A stretch of DNA of 64,000 bases. Origin: Octopus vulgaris (Eukaryota). A program made the position numbers and the translations under genes. The notes below the pieces were generated by a model. It was given only the letters and a program-made list of their open reading frames with translations. It had not been told where the DNA came from and did not search any database. Positions 60,016 through 64,000 of the stretch are shown one piece after another (positions within the stretch are counted from its first letter, which is position 1; each line of letters begins with the position of its first letter). The DNA is taken from NCBI GenBank assembly GCA_951406725.2, contig OX597843.1:5704001-5768000 (forward strand), read 5' to 3'.

Positions 60016-63000
60016 TCATAGATAGAAGGTCTTACAGCTGTTTCTAGGATATTAATTAATTATATCCCTTCATCGCAGACGACGTGAGAGGATAGTTAAG
60101 TCATAGTTAGTTTCGATGTGATACAAAATAGATGCAAGATATGTATGGGTATTCAAGTTGTAAATCCACTTTTTAGGCATATTGGTATATATGCAATATT
60201 CCAATATCCTTTGAGTAAAGTCCAACAGAGTTTAATATGAGTCCTTCCAAATATAGAGTTTCTAAGCAATGTAAGATTCTCTTAAACTTGGTCATTCCCA
60301 GTAGGGAATTTATATAGAGTGTACACTGACATAGAACCAACGTTGAACCCCTTATTCGCAATATTACCGAAATCTGGACCTTAACTAGGGTCTGTCTATA
60401 GCACTTATTCAGCATTATCTGACACCTTTGGGTCTCAATGACACCATTATCTCTTATATATATATATTCTATAAAGAATAATAATTTATTTCTTTATTGC
60501 CCACAGGGGGCTAAACATAGAGGGGATAGACAAAGGGATTAAGTCGATTATATCGACCCCAGTGTGTAACTGGTACTTATTTAATCGACCCTGAAAGGAT
60601 GAAAGGCAAAGTCGACCTTGGTGGAATTTGAACTCAGAACGTAGTGACAGATGAAATACTGCTCAGCATTTCGCCCGGTGAAAGAAGTTTCCATAAAACT
60701 GAATTTTCAACATCAAATGGCTATGGGGCTCCACCAGAATAATATGGTAATCAAAAGGGGTCCAGAGATGAAGAATGGTTGAGAACCACATTTTACATGG
60801 TTCAACCTACACAAGGGAATGTGTGAAAAACAAAATAGGAATTTTGGAAGAAGTTTTTATAAAACCAGGTTCTAAATATTGAATCGCTATGGGGATCCAG
60901 CAGAATATAAGAGTAATCAAAGGGGTCCATAAATAAAGAATCTGGTTTAGAGGAAACACCATTCTGGATATCTTTTGGCTGAAGTCAAAGATTTGGAAAT
61001 TTAGTGAAAACTTTTGAATTTGGTATTTATGCGCCCTTTTCAAGCCTAGCTAGGTTCATGGGCCCCGTTTCTATGGCATATGTGTTCCCCCCAGGATGCC
61101 AGTCCATTGCAGTGTCACTCAACAAACAGGAAGAAAGAGTGAGAGAAAGTTTTGGGGCGAAAGAGTACAACAGGGGTTGCCACGTATGGACAAGGACAGC
61201 TGTATAAAGATGTGCTGATCTCTAACTGTGGAAGAGGTAGACCCAGGAAGACATGGGACAAGGTGATGAAGCATGATCTTCGAACTTTGGGCCTCACAGA
61301 GGCAATGACTAGTGACCGAGACCTTAGGAAATGTGCTCTGTTTGAGAAGAAGACCGGTCAAGCTAAGCAAAATCATAATCGTGGCTGATGCTGATGTCAT
61401 ATAAAATGCACCTTTCTAGTGTTGGGCCTGATGGAGGCAATCACAAATGACCGAGGCCCTTGGCATTATGTTGTGCTTGAGAAGAAGACCCATCAAGCCA
61501 AGTGAAATTGTAGTCATCGTAGATACAGGTGTCATGCCAATGGCACTCATTATTCTCTCAGAATGGTTGGCATTAAGAAGGGCATCCAGCTGCAGAAACC
61601 ATACCAGATTAGACTGGAGTCTGGTGCATCCTTCCAGCCCTGGCCAAACCATGCCAGCATGGACAATGGTTGTTAAATGATGATGTATATATATATCTGT
61701 GCCAATGGCACATAAAAAGCACCCACTACACTTACGGAGTGGTTGGCGTTAGGAAGGGCATCCAGCTGTAGAAACACTGCCAGATCAGACTCCTGGCTTC
61801 CCAGACCCCGGCCGAATCGTCCAACACATGGAAAACGGACGTTAAACGATGATAATATATATGTATATAATTTGAAGAGCTTGCTTAAATTCTGCATGTA
61901 AAGTGCGTGTTTTTCCCAAACTCCTCGCCCCATCCTTCACTTGTTTCCTCCGTTGATGATGACCAGCACAACTGACCTCCCACACACCTTCAACAATGGA
62001 CTAAATGGTGATTGGAGCAACAAATATCTTCGGATGTGTAATTTATCAAAAGCTTGGCCCATTCGTCATCAACAGAGCTACAAGCATAAAGTAGAATGGT
62101 CAGTGATGGTCATAAGTGGACAAACATGATGGATGTTCCCATCTTTCGTTTTTAATCATGTCAAGTGAAATCGTGGTCACGACCGATGCTGGGGATCATG
62201 TCATTGGAACCTGTCGGTGGCACATAAAAATCACTTTTTGAGTGTGGAGCTTCATGGAATCAAGGTGGCCAATGCCGGTGGCACGTTGGGCCTGATGGAG
62301 ACCTTTGGCATTACGCCATGCTCGAGAAGGAGACCCATCAAAACAAGCAAAATCACAGACATGGCAGATACAGGTGTCACACAAATCTCACCTGTGCCTG
62401 TGACACATAAAAGACCCCGTTACACTCTTGGAGTGGTTGGCGCTTAGGAAGGGCATCCAGCCAAAGAAACCATGCCAAATCAGACAGGAGTCTGGTGCAG
62501 CCTTCTAGGTGGCCAGCCCTGGTCAAGTCATTCAAACCATGCCAGCACGGACATTAAATGATGATGATTAAATTTTGACAGGCCTCTTACTTGGTACCAA
62601 GGTTGTGAAGGAAAGCATCTTGGAAGGGTGAAATTCCATTCACAGCTATAAGCTGATCTCGCCAACACATCAAGGCAATGGGGCCAGAGACAATGTATCT
62701 CTCTTTTAGTGCCTCATAATTTAACACACTCACTGGTAAGATTTCCACTCATTTATTTTTCTTAAATGTATCAATTGATATCGATCAATAGACCTCGACA
62801 ACAAGGTAACGATCAATACAGCCATTTGATATTTTCAATACTAAAGAACAACATGTTGCATAGAGTATATGGTGCTATGCGATCCATGTAGCCATGTTCT
62901 ACAAGAGTCAAATTCTACTTCAGTGTGCGATCTACAGGTTTCACTTATTTATTATGGTGCAGGAGTGGCTGTGTGGTAAGGAGCTTGCTTACAAACCACA

Positions 63001-64000
63001 TGGCTCTGGGTTCAGTCCCACCAAAGCCTTGTGAGTGGATTTGGTAGATGGAAACTGAAAGAAGCCCGTCACATATATATATATATATATGTGTGTTTGT
63101 TCCCCCCAACATTGCTTGACGACTGATGCTGGTGTGTCTACTTCCCCATAACTTAGTGGTTCAGCAAAAAGAGACCGATAGAATAAGTACTAGGCTTACG
63201 AAGAATAAGCCCTGGGGTCGATTTGATCAACTAAAGGCGGTGCTCCAGCATGGCCACAGTCAAATGACTGAAACAAGTAAAAGAGTATATATATATATAA
63301 ATAACTACTGTCTGCAGTTAAGTGCAATAAAATCTTGAGTAAATATATTTGGTTTCCGCAGTAAAACGTTTAAGAAACTTGCTTTGCTGCCACACAGCTT
63401 GGGAACTCAGTGCCACTGTGAGGCACCTTGGGCAATGAGAACCTTGTGAGTGGATTTGATAGAAGGAAATTGTGTAAGCTCTTACTTGTCTTAGTCATTG
63501 GACTGTGGCCATGCTGGGGCACTGCCTTGAAGAAGTCATTTTTAGTTGGATGACTCAATCCCAGTACTTATTTTATCAGTGTTTTTTATTGAACTGCTAA
63601 GTTACAGGGATATAAACACACCAACGCCGTTGTCAAGCAGTGGTGAGGGGCAAACATAGACACGCACACATATATATGTACTACAGGCTTCTTTCAGTTT
63701 CCATCTAACAAATCCACTCACAAGGCTTTCATCGGCCCAGGGCTATAGCAGAAGACACTTGCCCAAGGTGCCACGCAGTGGGGCTGAACCTGGAACCATG
63801 TGGTTGGGAAGCAAGATTCTTATTTTAGAATTTTTTTACTGCCCACAAGGGGCTACACACAGAGGGGCCAAACAAACATGTTAAGTCGATTATATCATCC
63901 CCAGTGTGTAACTGGTACTTATTTAATCGACCTTGACGGAATTTGAACTCGGAACGTAAAGACAGACGAAATGCCACGCTAACATTTCTGCCAGCTTCTT

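Noticed and set aside
60420-60446. GVIETQ on the minus strand, resembling the expected upstream GTPase G2-region exon
   Set aside because: It is part of a dispersed repeat also seen at 48080, with no matching splice context or flanking protein similarity.

Overview
Repeat-dense, AT-rich eukaryotic genomic DNA. The SINE, LINE and microsatellite landscape looks like an Octopus (coleoid cephalopod) genome, which is my inference. Two convergent, 5'-truncated spliced genes can be rebuilt with consistent GT-AG phases. (1) On the + strand, 11 exons (3295-32200, 483 aa visible) encode an SLC6 Na+-coupled transporter of the inebriated (ine) type. (2) On the - strand, 9 exons (58811-42622, 337 aa visible) encode an uncharacterised dynamin/EHD-like GTPase with a helical stalk, two hydrophobic segments and a basic tail. 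The rest is tRNA-derived SINEs, RTE and CR1/L2-type LINE fragments, a mariner fossil, Helitrons, TTAA (piggyBac-type) MITE arrays and satellites. The most notable signals are: about eight hammerhead-ribozyme-like motifs, several in TA-flanked or palindromic elements (Penelope/retrozyme-like); a roughly 340-bp near-perfect intronic hairpin; natural Asn->Asp and Ser->Cys changes at the SLC6 chloride site; and the atlastin-like topology of the GTPase. Nearly all ORFs in the supplied track are spurious repeat translations. All coordinates and pairings were read by eye and no searches were run.
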